Assembly (NCBI GenBank): GCA_028280815.1
Contig: JANQLC010000007.1
Coordinates: 81,574 to 145,573 of the forward strand
Length of the DNA stretch: 64,000 bases
Source of the DNA: Flavobacteriales bacterium
GTDB taxonomy: Bacteria; Bacteroidota; Bacteroidia; Flavobacteriales; JANQLC01
Reading direction: 5' to 3'
The stretch's first letter is position 1. Every line of letters starts with the position of its first letter. Position numbers and translations under genes: made by a program. A model generated the notes under the pieces. It saw nothing but the letters and a program-made list of their open reading frames with translations. It was not told where the DNA came from and did no database searches. Shown here piece by piece: positions 1 to 11,276 of the stretch.

Positions 1-1
1 T

Positions 2-679
2 TTACGACAGTTGAATCAAAAGGCACCGGGTACCCTGCAACACGCACTTCAGGTGGCCAACCTGGCGGAACAAGCGGCTATGGAAGTGGGGGCGAACCCG
101 CTTTTGGTTCGTATTGGCGCCCTGTATCACGATATTGGAAAGATGCACAACCCGACTTACTTCGTCGAAAACCAGAGTGCCATAGCCAATCCGCATGAAA
201 GCCTATCGCCCAAAGAGAGCGCAGCCATCATCATACAGCACGTGATAGACGGTATTGAACTGGCCAAGAAAAACAACATCCCAGATCGCGTTATCGATTT
301 TATCCGCACCCACCACGGTACGAGTCTGGTGTACTACTTCTTTGAAAAATATAAGGAGCGAAATCCCGATGTCGAAATCGATGAAAGCGGTTTCCGTTAC
401 CCGGGGCCCATCCCATTTTCAAAAGAGACTACCATCGTCATGATGGCCGACTCGATCGAAGCCGCTTCGCGTTCACTCAAACGAGCCGATGCCTTGCAGA
501 TCAGCGATCTCGTGGATAGAGTGGTGGATAGACAACTCTCAGGCGGACAGTTTCTCAACGCCGAAATCACCATGAAGGAAATACAGACCGTAAAAAAACT
601 ATTGAAGAAAAACCTCATGAGTATCTATCACCTGCGGATGGCATACTCGGAGCAGAATCTCGATAAAAAAAGTTTGTGA
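2..679 (+). CDS. HD/HDIG-domain metal-dependent phosphohydrolase, C-terminal part (5' end outside window)
   Basis: The frame is open to the window edge. The translation carries the LYHDIGK and IRTHHGTS motifs typical of HD/HDIG hydrolases (7TM-HD / YqfF-like C-terminal domain). Confidence 0.75.
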   Translation, partial: LRQLNQKAPGTLQHALQVANLAEQAAMEVGANPLLVRIGALYHDIGKMHNPTYFVENQSAIANPHESLSPKESAAIIIQHVIDGIELAKKNNIPDRVIDFIRTHHGTSLVYYFFEKYKERNPDVEIDESGFRYPGPIPFSKETTIVMMADSIEAASRSLKRADALQISDLVDRVVDRQLSGGQFLNAEITMKEIQTVKKLLKKNLMSIYHLRMAYSEQNLDKKSL

Positions 680-738
680 GATTGTAAGCCCTGCTTTACA
701 TTTGCAACCCTTTTGGGGTCGGTGCCATCCACGAGCTG

Positions 739-822
739 GGAGAGGTGGCAGAGTGGTAATGCAGCAGATTGCTAATCTGTGATCGCGATAGCGATCCCGG
801 GGTTCGAATCCCCGTCTCTCCG
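739..822 (+). tRNA. tRNA-Ser (anticodon GCU)
   Basis: Cloverleaf folded by eye: acceptor GGAGAGG / TCTCTCC, anticodon stem-loop GCAGA-TTGCTAA-TCTGT, long variable arm, T arm CGGGG-TTCGAAT-CCCCG. Confidence 0.9.
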
Positions 823-1054
823 CTACCTGAGCTGTGGCAGTCCAACCCAGTTTCTCACCTTTTTTGATCTCATACGACTGGCTTGATTCGATCGATTTTG
901 GGCTCGTTTTACAGCTTCTTCCACCTATGATCCCGATGGAAACGGACCGTGGTATCGTTATAGACGGCGTTGTATTCAAAGATAAGTGCAATGTTCGTCA
1001 AAAGCGCTTCTCGATCCGAGCCGCAACGGGTCAGGGCTTGACCTGCTCCAAGCC

Positions 1055-1800
1055 TTTATTTGGGCTGGCTTTGGTGTGAACTGCTGTTTGATTCTGTCGG
1101 TGGGTTGTTTGATCGGGTTGTCTCCTGTGGGGGTGCATTTGTCCTTTCACGATGGGTGTGGTTGGATTTTGGGTTTCTCGTTTTTTCTCTCGCCCCCATT
1201 TGGGCTTTTTGCATTTGTTTTTTTGCGGTTGGCGTATGCGGGTTTTGTGGCTTGTAGGCTGTCGTTCCGCCGCGTTTGCACGGGGGTATGAGGCGCTATC
1301 TCCCGCCGGATCCTTGTATTCTTCTTTCCTGTGGTTGATATAAGCGGTTTGGGGTGCGTTGTTTTGATTGGGTTGTCTCTTATCGGTTTTTTGCATTTGT
1401 TTTTCTGCCATTTGGTGTGAATGGGCTTTGGATTGCATGGGTTGCTCGGTTTGTTCGGTGGGCTGTTGCCTGATTGGTGTATGAGCCTGTCGGCGGGTTG
1501 GGTTGTTTGATCGGGTTGTCTCCTGTCGGGATTTTGCATTTGTTTTCTACGATTGGCGATGCGGATTTTGGGTTGGATTGACTGGGGCGGCTTGTTCAGT
1601 GGCTTGGTTTGTTGTTGTGGTTGATTGGGTTGACGTGACTGTTTCGTTGATTTGATTGGGCTGCTTGGATTCGGTTTGGTTGCTTTGATGCTGGGTTGTG
1701 GCGCCCTTGTGTCGGCTGGGCCATCTCCTGTCGGATCTTTGCATTTGTCTTTCTATGGTTTGGGGTGGTTGGATTGGTTTTTGCCCATGTGGAAGTGAAA
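1055..1800 (+). repeat. G+T-rich non-coding repeat array, locus 1 (TTTTGCATTTG-type units)
   Basis: The motif (T)TTTGCATTTG recurs at 1133, 1206, 1387, 1532 and 1737. Four of the five copies are preceded by CTC(C/T)T(G/A)T(C/G)GG and all are followed by GT-rich GGNTTGG sequence. Segment 1383-1529 is about 85% identical by eye to 34987-35134. No credible ORF. Confidence 0.7.
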
Positions 1801-1811
1801 GGGAGGGTCGT

Positions 1812-1843
1812 TTTGTACACCTGAAAAATTGTCTTTAATTTTG
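1812..1843 (+). promoter_or_regulatory. Bacteroidota sigma-A type promoter (TTTG-N20-TAATTTTG) in front of bamD
   Basis: TTTG at 1812-1815 and TAATTTTG at 1836-1843 match the TTTG / TAnnTTTG consensus and spacing. The -7 box ends only 4 nt before the GTG at 1848. Confidence 0.4.
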
Positions 1844-1847
1844 CGCC

Positions 1848-2717
1848 GTGTGTAAGGGATACAAATCGGCTTTTCTGGCACTTGTCTTGTCGCTTTCCGC
1901 CTGCGCATCGGACTTCGATAAAGCGATGAATCGTACGGATAAGGCGCTGCGTTACCGGGTGGGCGCCGAATATTACGAAAAGGGCAAATACGATAAGGCG
2001 GTCGAGTTGCTGGAGTCCGTTCAAAAGTTGTATGCGGGTAGCCCTCAGTTGGAGCGCATCGATTACCTCATCGCGGATTCTCGTTTTCGAAATCGCGATT
2101 ACGCCTTGGCAGCCTATGGTTTCAAGCGTTTTTACAAATCCTTTCCGAGGAGTGTAAAGGCGGAAAAGGCTACTTACCTCGCCGCCGTATGCGATGATGA
2201 GCAGTCTCCTTACTTCGAGCTGGATCAAACGCCTACGAAAAAGGCGATTGAAGCTTACCAGTACTTTATCGATACCTATCCGAATAGCGATTCAGCCGCA
2301 GTTGCCGATCGGCGGATCGGTGCTTTGAGAGAGAAGTTAGAGCGCAAACGCTTCGCGATTGCCGACTTGTATTTTAAAATGATGAATTATCGGGCGGCCG
2401 AGGTTGCCATTGAGAATTTTTTAGATGATTACCCGGATACCGTCTTTCGGCAAGAGGCGATGGAAAAGCTATTCGAATCTTCCTACGAATTGGCCATGAA
2501 GAGCATTCCCAGCCTCAAAGAAGAGCGCCTAGTCGAATCGCAAACCGCTTATCGCCGTTTGATCAAGCGTTTCCCCCAAACGCCATTGCGAAGAAAAGCC
2601 GATCAAAGAAAGTTGCAAATCGATGCGGAGCTGAGCCGAGTTCGAAGGCAAAAGGCCGAATTGCGAAAGGCAAAACAAAAGGCAAAACAAGCCGATTTGA
2701 ACAGAGATAAAAGGTAA
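1848..2717 (+). CDS. bamD: outer membrane protein assembly factor BamD (TPR lipoprotein)
   Basis: Lipobox LSLSAC followed by TPR-like repeats (YYEKGKYDKAVELLE). The K/R-rich C-terminal tail and the position upstream of rpoZ-coaBC-recN are as in other Bacteroidota. Confidence 0.85.
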   Translation: MCKGYKSAFLALVLSLSACASDFDKAMNRTDKALRYRVGAEYYEKGKYDKAVELLESVQKLYAGSPQLERIDYLIADSRFRNRDYALAAYGFKRFYKSFPRSVKAEKATYLAAVCDDEQSPYFELDQTPTKKAIEAYQYFIDTYPNSDSAAVADRRIGALREKLERKRFAIADLYFKMMNYRAAEVAIENFLDDYPDTVFRQEAMEKLFESSYELAMKSIPSLKEERLVESQTAYRRLIKRFPQTPLRRKADQRKLQIDAELSRVRRQKAELRKAKQKAKQADLNRDKR

Positions 2718-2736
2718 ACCAAAGGTTTTTTGCGAT

Positions 2737-3060
2737 ATGGATTTCAAACGTGTAAAAGCACCTGAAACGACGACGACTATCGACCGCCAAGCGCTTACGG
2801 CCAAAGTTGGCAGTATCTATGCTGCGGTCAATGTCTTGGCCAGGCGAGCCGATCAGATCAATGCGGAACTCAAAGTGGAGCTGATGCAGAAGTTGGATGA
2901 GTTTGCAACCGGCGATGAAAGTTTGGAAGAGGTCTTTGAGAATCGAGAGCAGATCGAGGTTTCCAAATATTATGAGAGCTTGCCCAAACCCACGGCCATT
3001 GCCACACAACAGCTGTTGGATGATGAGATCTACTTTCTCCTTCCCGATGAAAAGGACTGA
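2737..3060 (+). CDS. rpoZ: DNA-directed RNA polymerase subunit omega (Bacteroidota type)
   Basis: A 107-aa protein with SIYAAVNVLARRADQIN. Its position between bamD and coaBC is conserved. Confidence 0.7.
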   Translation: MDFKRVKAPETTTTIDRQALTAKVGSIYAAVNVLARRADQINAELKVELMQKLDEFATGDESLEEVFENREQIEVSKYYESLPKPTAIATQQLLDDEIYFLLPDEKD

Positions 3061-3063
3061 TTC

Positions 3064-4281
3064 GTGCTTCGAGCTAAGAATGTTTTACTCGCCGTCACCG
3101 GAAGTATCGCGGCTTATAAAGCGGCGGAATTAACGCGCTTATTCATCAAGGCAGGCGCTCGGGTAAAGGTTTGCATGACCCCCGAAGCGGCGGAATTCAT
3201 CACGCCACTCACGCTCGCTACGCTATCCAAGAATCCGGTTCACACTGCTTTTACCGAGGGCGAGAAGTCCAGTCGCGTTTGGGACAGCCATGTCGATTTG
3301 GCCGCCTGGGCGGATTGCATGGTCTTTGCCCCCCTCACGGCCAATACCTTGGCAAAAATGGCTCAGGGGCAAAGCGATAATTTTCTGATCGCCACCTACC
3401 TCTCTGCCCGTTGCCCCGTTTTTGTAGCCACTGCCATGGACTTGGATATGTATGCGCATCCCACTACCCAGTCCAACTTGGAGGCCTTGGCTCGCCATGG
3501 CGAGCAAGTGATTCCATCGGGTTTTGGGGACTTGGCCAGTGGCTGGGTCGGTGTGGGAAGGATGGCAGAGCCGCAGCAAATCATCGATCGCATGGAGACC
3601 TTTATGCGTGCGTCTCAGCCTCTGTATGGCAAAAGGGTTTTGCTCACCGCAGGGCCTACCCATGAGCCCATCGATCCCGTGCGCTTCATCGGAAACCACT
3701 CTTCGGGGAAAATGGGCTTTGCCTTGGCGCGAATCGCTTTGGAGCTCGGTGCAGCGGTCACTGTGGTACTGGGGCCTGTAGCACCTCAATTCGAGGAAGA
3801 GGACTTGGTGCTGGTGCCCGTTCAGACCGCTGTGGAAATGCTAGAGGCTGTGCGAGCGCACTTCGCCCAATCCGATATTTTCATCGCCGCTGCAGCGGTT
3901 TCAGATTACCGCCCCAGGGTGGTGTCAGCGCAGAAGGTCAAAAGGGAACAACGGGCTCTTTCCCTGGAGTTGATTGAAACCCCCGATATACTAAGCGTCA
4001 TGGGCGCGCAGAAGAAATCGCAGATCACAGTGGGTTTTGCCTTAGAGACGGAAGACGAAGAGAAAAATGCGCTGAAAAAACTGATCGAGAAGAAAGCCGA
4101 TTGCATGGTGATCAATTCTTTGCGGGATCCGGGATCCGGTTTTTCACACGATACCAACCAGATCAAAATCCTAGCCCGAGACGGGGAGAAAATCGCGTTT
4201 GATTTGAAGTCCAAGCTCGCGGTTGCAGCGGATATTTTTAAATTTATCCTTCGAAAGTACCATGCGCTTCGTGAAGACTGA
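3064..4281 (+). CDS. coaBC: bifunctional phosphopantothenoylcysteine decarboxylase / phosphopantothenate-cysteine ligase
   Basis: N-terminal flavoprotein motif [13 protein letters not shown] and C-terminal CoaB motifs ([21 protein letters not shown]). 405 aa. Confidence 0.95.
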   Translation: MLRAKNVLLAVTGSIAAYKAAELTRLFIKAGARVKVCMTPEAAEFITPLTLATLSKNPVHTAFTEGEKSSRVWDSHVDLAAWADCMVFAPLTANTLAKMAQGQSDNFLIATYLSARCPVFVATAMDLDMYAHPTTQSNLEALARHGEQVIPSGFGDLASGWVGVGRMAEPQQIIDRMETFMRASQPLYGKRVLLTAGPTHEPIDPVRFIGNHSSGKMGFALARIALELGAAVTVVLGPVAPQFEEEDLVLVPVQTAVEMLEAVRAHFAQSDIFIAAAAVSDYRPRVVSAQKVKREQRALSLELIETPDILSVMGAQKKSQITVGFALETEDEEKNALKKLIEKKADCMVINSLRDPGSGFSHDTNQIKILARDGEKIAFDLKSKLAVAADIFKFILRKYHALRED

Positions 4282-4362
4282 GCTCAGTATGTGTGCCCTA
4301 TTCGGTGGACGGGTGTCCCTAAGGGCTCAAATTATCGATGCCGATGCATGGATGAAAACCCG

Positions 4363-6021
4363 ATGCTGCAACAGCTCCACATAGAGAACTACGCGCGTAT
4401 CGACTCGCTCTCCCTGGATTTGAAAGCGGGCATGACGGTTATAACCGGTGAGACCGGTACGGGAAAGTCCATCTTGTTGGGTGCGCTCAGCCTGCTGCTC
4501 GGCAGCCGTGCCGACCGAAGATGCGCAACCGACCGAGAGAAAAAGTCGGTTGTCGAAGGCGTGTTTGCCATAGGCGATTGCGAGCTGCAATCGCGCTTTG
4601 AATCCCTCGACCTGGATTGGGATGCCCAGGTGGTCGTCCGCAGGGAAATATGGCCTTCCGGTCGCAGTCGCGCCTTTGTCAACGACACGCCCACCACGCT
4701 GGAAGTCCTCTGCCAATTGGGTGATCAGCTGTTGGCCATTCACGCACAAGGTGAAACGCAGCGCTTAGACGATCCTGCTTTTCAAATGGAACTGCTCGAC
4801 AGCCTATCTGAGAATCCACAAATACGCTTGCAGTACAAAGAGACCTATCAGGCCTATAAGGCGCTTGAAAAACGCTTGGCACAGGCGGAAGCACAGCAGG
4901 CAAAACGGGTGGAGGCCAGGGATTTCAATCGCTTTCTCCTCGCTGAATTGGATCGTGCCGAGTTGCGGCCAGGGGAAGAGTTAGAATGGGAAACCGAGCA
5001 GAAAAAGCTCGCCCACGTAGCGCAGATCAAGACGGCTTTGGAAGCGGTACGGCATCGTTTGGATGCCGAAGACTGCGGCGTGTTGCCACAACTTCAACAG
5101 GCGAGGAACGCGATTTCACAGCTAACCGATTGGGGGGATTCCTTTGCTGAAGTGGCCGGGCGGCTGGACTCCGCTTTTATCGAATTGCAGGATTTGCTCC
5201 GTGAAGCGGAAGGTCTGCAAGCGGGAACCGAGCACGATCCCCAGCGCTTGCACTGGATCGAAGATCGCTTGCAACGCCTCTTTGATTTAAAGCGGAAACA
5301 CCAGGTGAATTCGGTGGCTGAATTGTGCGAAGTGCAGCGAAAAATCACCTTGGAATTGCGCGAACTCCACGCCGCTGATGCGGCGCTCGACGAGCTGAGA
5401 TCGACCTGTCAAGACTTAAATCGATCGTTGAAACAAATTTCTCAAAAACTTCACTTAGAAAGGATTAAGTCAGCAAATTTAATTGAAAAATCACTGTGTG
5501 ACACCTTGTCAGTCCTCGCCATGCCCGATGCGCGCTTGTCGATTGCAGTCGAGTCGACGGGTGTCTGCAATGCCGGTGGAAGCGATTCGGTGGGTTTTTA
5601 TTTTTCGGCTGATCAAGACGGTGCTTTGCAACCCCTGCAAAACGTGGCTTCCGGGGGGGAGAAATCTCGTTTCATGTTGGCGGTTAAACGCCTCTTGGCG
5701 GATAAACGGCAAATGCCTACCCTGGTTTTTGATGAGATTGACAGCGGCGTTTCCGGCAGGGTGGCCGATCAGATGGGTCGGATTATGAAGGCGATGAGCC
5801 GGTCGAACCAACTCATCACCCTTACCCATTTGCCCCAGGTGGCCGCCAAAGGGGATTGGCACCTAAGGGTTTTTAAAGAGCCGAAAGGCAGCAAAACCCT
5901 TTCGGTGGTAAAGGATTTATCCGAGGCGGAAAGGGTGGAGGAATTGGCTGCCATGCTCAGTGGGCGTTCCGTATCGCAGGCGGCGCTGCGCCAAGCCGAA
6001 GAATTGTTGCAGTCGGATTGA
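4363..6021 (+). CDS. recN: DNA repair protein RecN
   Basis: MLQQLHIENYARID start, Walker A GETGTGKS, long coiled coil, and the C-terminal ABC signature ASGGEKSR followed by LVFDEIDSG. The start is moved to ATG 4363 from the ORF-track M at 4291. Confidence 0.9.
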   Translation: MLQQLHIENYARIDSLSLDLKAGMTVITGETGTGKSILLGALSLLLGSRADRRCATDREKKSVVEGVFAIGDCELQSRFESLDLDWDAQVVVRREIWPSGRSRAFVNDTPTTLEVLCQLGDQLLAIHAQGETQRLDDPAFQMELLDSLSENPQIRLQYKETYQAYKALEKRLAQAEAQQAKRVEARDFNRFLLAELDRAELRPGEELEWETEQKKLAHVAQIKTALEAVRHRLDAEDCGVLPQLQQARNAISQLTDWGDSFAEVAGRLDSAFIELQDLLREAEGLQAGTEHDPQRLHWIEDRLQRLFDLKRKHQVNSVAELCEVQRKITLELRELHAADAALDELRSTCQDLNRSLKQISQKLHLERIKSANLIEKSLCDTLSVLAMPDARLSIAVESTGVCNAGGSDSVGFYFSADQDGALQPLQNVASGGEKSRFMLAVKRLLADKRQMPTLVFDEIDSGVSGRVADQMGRIMKAMSRSNQLITLTHLPQVAAKGDWHLRVFKEPKGSKTLSVVKDLSEAERVEELAAMLSGRSVSQAALRQAEELLQSD

Positions 6022-6270
6022 TTATATTTGTCTTAGCGAAATGGGGCGAGATCAAAAAATAGGGATGGCACGAGAGCGGAAAAATTTCAATGCCTTGCTA
6101 AAAAGTAATCGCTGGCTTCAAGATGCGCTGTTGGTGCTGGAAATTTGAATTTGACTAAATTGTAAGCTTTGGCGAGAACCTTTGGTTATGGTGTGCAGTA
6201 TAAATTGGAACCATCGGCCCATGCGGATTGTTGGATTTGCAAGGCTACCACGGTAGAAAAAATATAAAAC

Positions 6271-7095
6271 ATGGCCTTACTAGCGGGAAAGCGGGGCGTT
6301 CTATTCGGTGCTTTGGACGAACACTCCATCGCATGGCAAGTAGCGGAAGCCGCCCATGCCGAAGGCGCTCGATTCGTATTGACCAATGCGCCTGCGGCTG
6401 TCCGTATGGGAGCTATTGAGGCACTGGCAGCGAAAACCGGCTGCCGGGTTGTGCCCGCTGATGCGACCGATGTGGGAGACTTGGAAAACCTGTTTGATGA
6501 AGCCTGCAACCACTTGGGGGGCAAGCTGGATTTTATCCTGCATTCCGTCGGCATGTCGGTAAACGTTCGCAAGGGAAAGCACTATACCGAATTGAATTAC
6601 GATTGGCTGCAAAAGGGCTGGGATATATCGGCTGTTTCCTTTCACAAGCTCATGCGCGTGGCCTGGGATAAGGCGGCCGTGAACGATTGGGGCTCTATCG
6701 TGGCCTTAACCTATACAGCTGCACAGCGAACATTTCCCGATTATAACGATATGGCCGATCACAAGGCTTATTTGGAATCAATCGCGCGCAGTTTTGGATA
6801 CCATTGGGGTCTGCGCAATAAGGTGCGCGTCAATACCGTCTCGCAGTCACCAACCCGGACGACTGCGGGCAAGGGGGTCAAGGGATTTGATGGATTTATC
6901 GACTTCGCGGAAGCCATGTCTCCGCTCGGCAATGCGAGTGCTCGGGACTGTGCCCATTACGTCTTGACCCTTTTTTCCGATTGGACGAGAAAGGTGACCA
7001 TGCAAAACCTCTTTCACGATGGCGGATTCTCCAGCACAGGGGTGAGCAAAGCCGTGATGGATCGGTTTATGCGGGGTGAACGCCAGACGGACTGA
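6271..7095 (+). CDS. fabI: enoyl-[acyl-carrier-protein] reductase (NADH) FabI
   Basis: SDR-type protein with SIAWQVAEAAHAEGA near the N-terminus, typical FabI length (274 aa) and a Y...K region. Confidence 0.9.
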   Translation: MALLAGKRGVLFGALDEHSIAWQVAEAAHAEGARFVLTNAPAAVRMGAIEALAAKTGCRVVPADATDVGDLENLFDEACNHLGGKLDFILHSVGMSVNVRKGKHYTELNYDWLQKGWDISAVSFHKLMRVAWDKAAVNDWGSIVALTYTAAQRTFPDYNDMADHKAYLESIARSFGYHWGLRNKVRVNTVSQSPTRTTAGKGVKGFDGFIDFAEAMSPLGNASARDCAHYVLTLFSDWTRKVTMQNLFHDGGFSSTGVSKAVMDRFMRGERQTD

Positions 7096-7159
7096 AGCGC
7101 TTGGCGCCTGTGGGAACCGCCTTTGCAACCCAATGGGGTTTTTCCTTTCTTTTCCATAA

Positions 7160-8803
<1,644 letters not shown>

Positions 8804-8987
8804 ATCTGGGCGATTGTGAGATCATTTTTAGACCGAGTGAATGTCCTTGGCGCGATCTGTCTATGGGGTTTGATAAAAACGCAAAACGGACCTTGGGCTG
8901 TGGTGATTTGGAACGGATTTGCGTACGGATTTTTTGAATCGCATTTTAAATCGTATACTATATTTTTAAAGGATTGAGGAAAACGCG

Positions 8988-10817
8988 ATGGATGACAAGC
9001 CGAACTATCTCTCTCTTCTCGGCATCGTACTGATGGTGCTGCTCTTTTACCTCTGGCAAAGTCAACTCAAAAGGGAAGGGGTGAACGGTCCCGCTCGGGC
9101 CCAGGCCGAAAAACCCAGTGCAGCTGCCCAAGGGCAAACTGATACCGAACTGCCCAGCGCTGCGGTTGAGCGCATGGGCCATACGGCTGAGGGGAGTGAG
9201 GCGGACGTGCCCGGTACCACGGTATTGGAAAACGATAAGTTAAAGCTGGTGATAGACAACCAAGGGGGGTGGTTCAAACAGGTGATCATCAAGGGGCACC
9301 GCCCTTATGCTGCCTACAAATCGGGAAAGGATGCACCGCTCTATATGATAAACGGTGGCAATGCCTCCTTTGGGCTTCGCTTTGTGGATGAAGCGGGACA
9401 CGAGGTCAATACGAAAGAACTCTTTTTCACCCCTAGCTTGCAGAAGACGGACAGCACACAGACGCTGAGGATGCGTTTGCAATGGGCTGGCGATAAGCAT
9501 CTGGATTACATTTATACCTTGCGGGATGACTATATGATGGATTTTTCCATTCGGTCGGAAGGCATGCGAAGTGAATGGCAGGAGACAGCGCCCCTGCGAT
9601 TGGATTGGCGTACCCAATCCTTTAGTCGGGATAAGAGTTACGCCATGGAAAAGATGGGAAATGAGTTTTACTACACCTATGAAAACGGCCGGACCGACTA
9701 TATGCGAAGTGATGAGTCGAAGGGCAAGACGGAGCGAGAAGTGGGGTGGATAGCGAGCCACCAAGGCTTTTTTACTTCTATTTTATTGCCGGATAAAAAC
9801 TTTGAGACCGCTACCTTTTTCTTGCAATCCCAAAGGGGTGATTCCACTTTTGTAAAGCGTTATCGAGCGGTTGCAGCTCTACAGCGCACCGATGGGGAGC
9901 TGAGTTATCAAATGAATTGGTACTACGGCCCGGTCAAGTATGAGATACTGCGGCAATACCATCGCAAATTGGAGGCGCAAGTACAGTTTGGCTGGGGTAT
10001 TTTCCGATATGTAAACATGTATTTCATCAATCCGGTGTTTCAATTCTTCCACAACCTCGGCTTGGGCTTTGGCTTGATCATCTTTTTGATGACGATCGTG
10101 ATGAAAATCGTCCTCTCGCCCGTTACCTATAGGCAGTATTTACAGAGCGCCAAGATGCGCATCATCCGGCCTGAGATTCAAGCGATCCATGAGAAGCACA
10201 GCGATAATCCGCATAAGAGACAGATGGAAAGCATGCGGGTACAGAACGAAGCCGGTGCGGGCATGTTGAGCGGCTGTTTGCCAGCGCTCTTTCAAATGCC
10301 CATCCTCTATGCGATGTTTCGATTCTATCCCGCGCTGATCGACCTGCGCCAGCAGCGTTTCTTATGGGCAGACGATTTGACAGCTTATGACTCGGTCTTA
10401 GAATTGCCCTTTCACATTCCGATCTATGGCGACCACGTCAGTCTATTCACCTTTTTAATGGCGATTTCCCTATTCTTTTATACGCGCTTAAACGGTATGG
10501 GCACCGCGCAGCAGCCCATGCAGAAGGGCATGCCCAATATGCGGTTTATGATGTACCTCACGCCGGTTTTCATGTTGTTGTTCTTCAACCATTACGCTTC
10601 GGGCCTGACCTATTACTACTTTGTGGCCAACTTGACCACCATCCTTTTAATTTTGCTGATCAAGCGCTTTATTTTGGACGATGAAAAGATCCATGCCAAG
10701 ATTCAAGCGAGCAAGGCCAAGCCCAAAAAGAAGGGTTCCTTTTCTGAGAAGATGGAAGCGGTGATGCGCCAGGCACAGGAACAGCAAGCGCGCAACAGGC
10801 GTCAGAAAATTCGCTGA
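8988..10817 (+). CDS. yidC: membrane protein insertase YidC
   Basis: An N-terminal TM segment, a large periplasmic domain, and a C-terminal 60-kDa insertase core (KMRIIRPEIQAIHEKH...; GCLPALFQMPILYAMF). Confidence 0.93.
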   Translation: MDDKPNYLSLLGIVLMVLLFYLWQSQLKREGVNGPARAQAEKPSAAAQGQTDTELPSAAVERMGHTAEGSEADVPGTTVLENDKLKLVIDNQGGWFKQVIIKGHRPYAAYKSGKDAPLYMINGGNASFGLRFVDEAGHEVNTKELFFTPSLQKTDSTQTLRMRLQWAGDKHLDYIYTLRDDYMMDFSIRSEGMRSEWQETAPLRLDWRTQSFSRDKSYAMEKMGNEFYYTYENGRTDYMRSDESKGKTEREVGWIASHQGFFTSILLPDKNFETATFFLQSQRGDSTFVKRYRAVAALQRTDGELSYQMNWYYGPVKYEILRQYHRKLEAQVQFGWGIFRYVNMYFINPVFQFFHNLGLGFGLIIFLMTIVMKIVLSPVTYRQYLQSAKMRIIRPEIQAIHEKHSDNPHKRQMESMRVQNEAGAGMLSGCLPALFQMPILYAMFRFYPALIDLRQQRFLWADDLTAYDSVLELPFHIPIYGDHVSLFTFLMAISLFFYTRLNGMGTAQQPMQKGMPNMRFMMYLTPVFMLLFFNHYASGLTYYYFVANLTTILLILLIKRFILDDEKIHAKIQASKAKPKKKGSFSEKMEAVMRQAQEQQARNRRQKIR

Positions 10818-10899
10818 GCGGATGATCCAATTCGACACCGTATCGAATTTCTGAGACGGTGGTCCGTGGCCTTTTTGCCCGACTGCTCTATCTCACCGA

Positions 10900-10995
10900 G
10901 GCTTGAGATTAAAAAACTCTTTTCCCCTTTGTTCTCTTCCAACCGTGGGGGTGCTGAAAAACAGTGTATGCAGAGACTGCAGCGCTGGCTTTTTG
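10900..10995 (+). repeat. two GTTTGAAAAG-type repeat units (mini-locus of the GT-rich repeat family)
   Basis: TTGAGATTAAAAAACTCTTTTCCCCTTTGTTCTCTTCC...GTGGGGG followed by TGCTGAAAAACAG... resembles the units of the 38750-40275 array in the same orientation. It lies just 5' of the tRNA-Ser(UGA) locus. Confidence 0.35.
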
Positions 10996-11084
10996 GAGAT
11001 GGGCGGCTCGTGATGAGATCGCTACAAAACCGGCTGTGTGGAAGCCTGTCTCTCTTCTCGAATGCGCTGGTCTCAGGTTTAATT

Positions 11085-11172
<88 letters not shown>

Positions 11173-11276
11173 TGCGGCTGCAAATATAGCGTTTTTAGCC
11201 CTGTCCATCACCTGTGTTGAGGCCTTGTACGCCGGCTTCGACTAAGCGTGGAATTCCACGCCGTTTTTCTGGGGTT

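Noticed and set aside
986-1744. ORFs of 60-135 aa on both strands inside repeat locus 1 (for example 986-1291 +, 1031-1438 -, 1147-1539 -, 1547-1744 -).
   Set aside because: The + strand lacks A and the - strand lacks T, so stop codons are rare and long ORFs arise by composition alone. The translations are low-complexity (G/W/V/L/C-rich or P/T/Q/N/K/H-rich) and mutually overlapping.
1596-2228. 210-aa minus-strand ORF overlapping bamD and the repeat array.
   Set aside because: It is antisense to a well-supported bamD gene, and its N-terminal part is low-complexity repeat translation.
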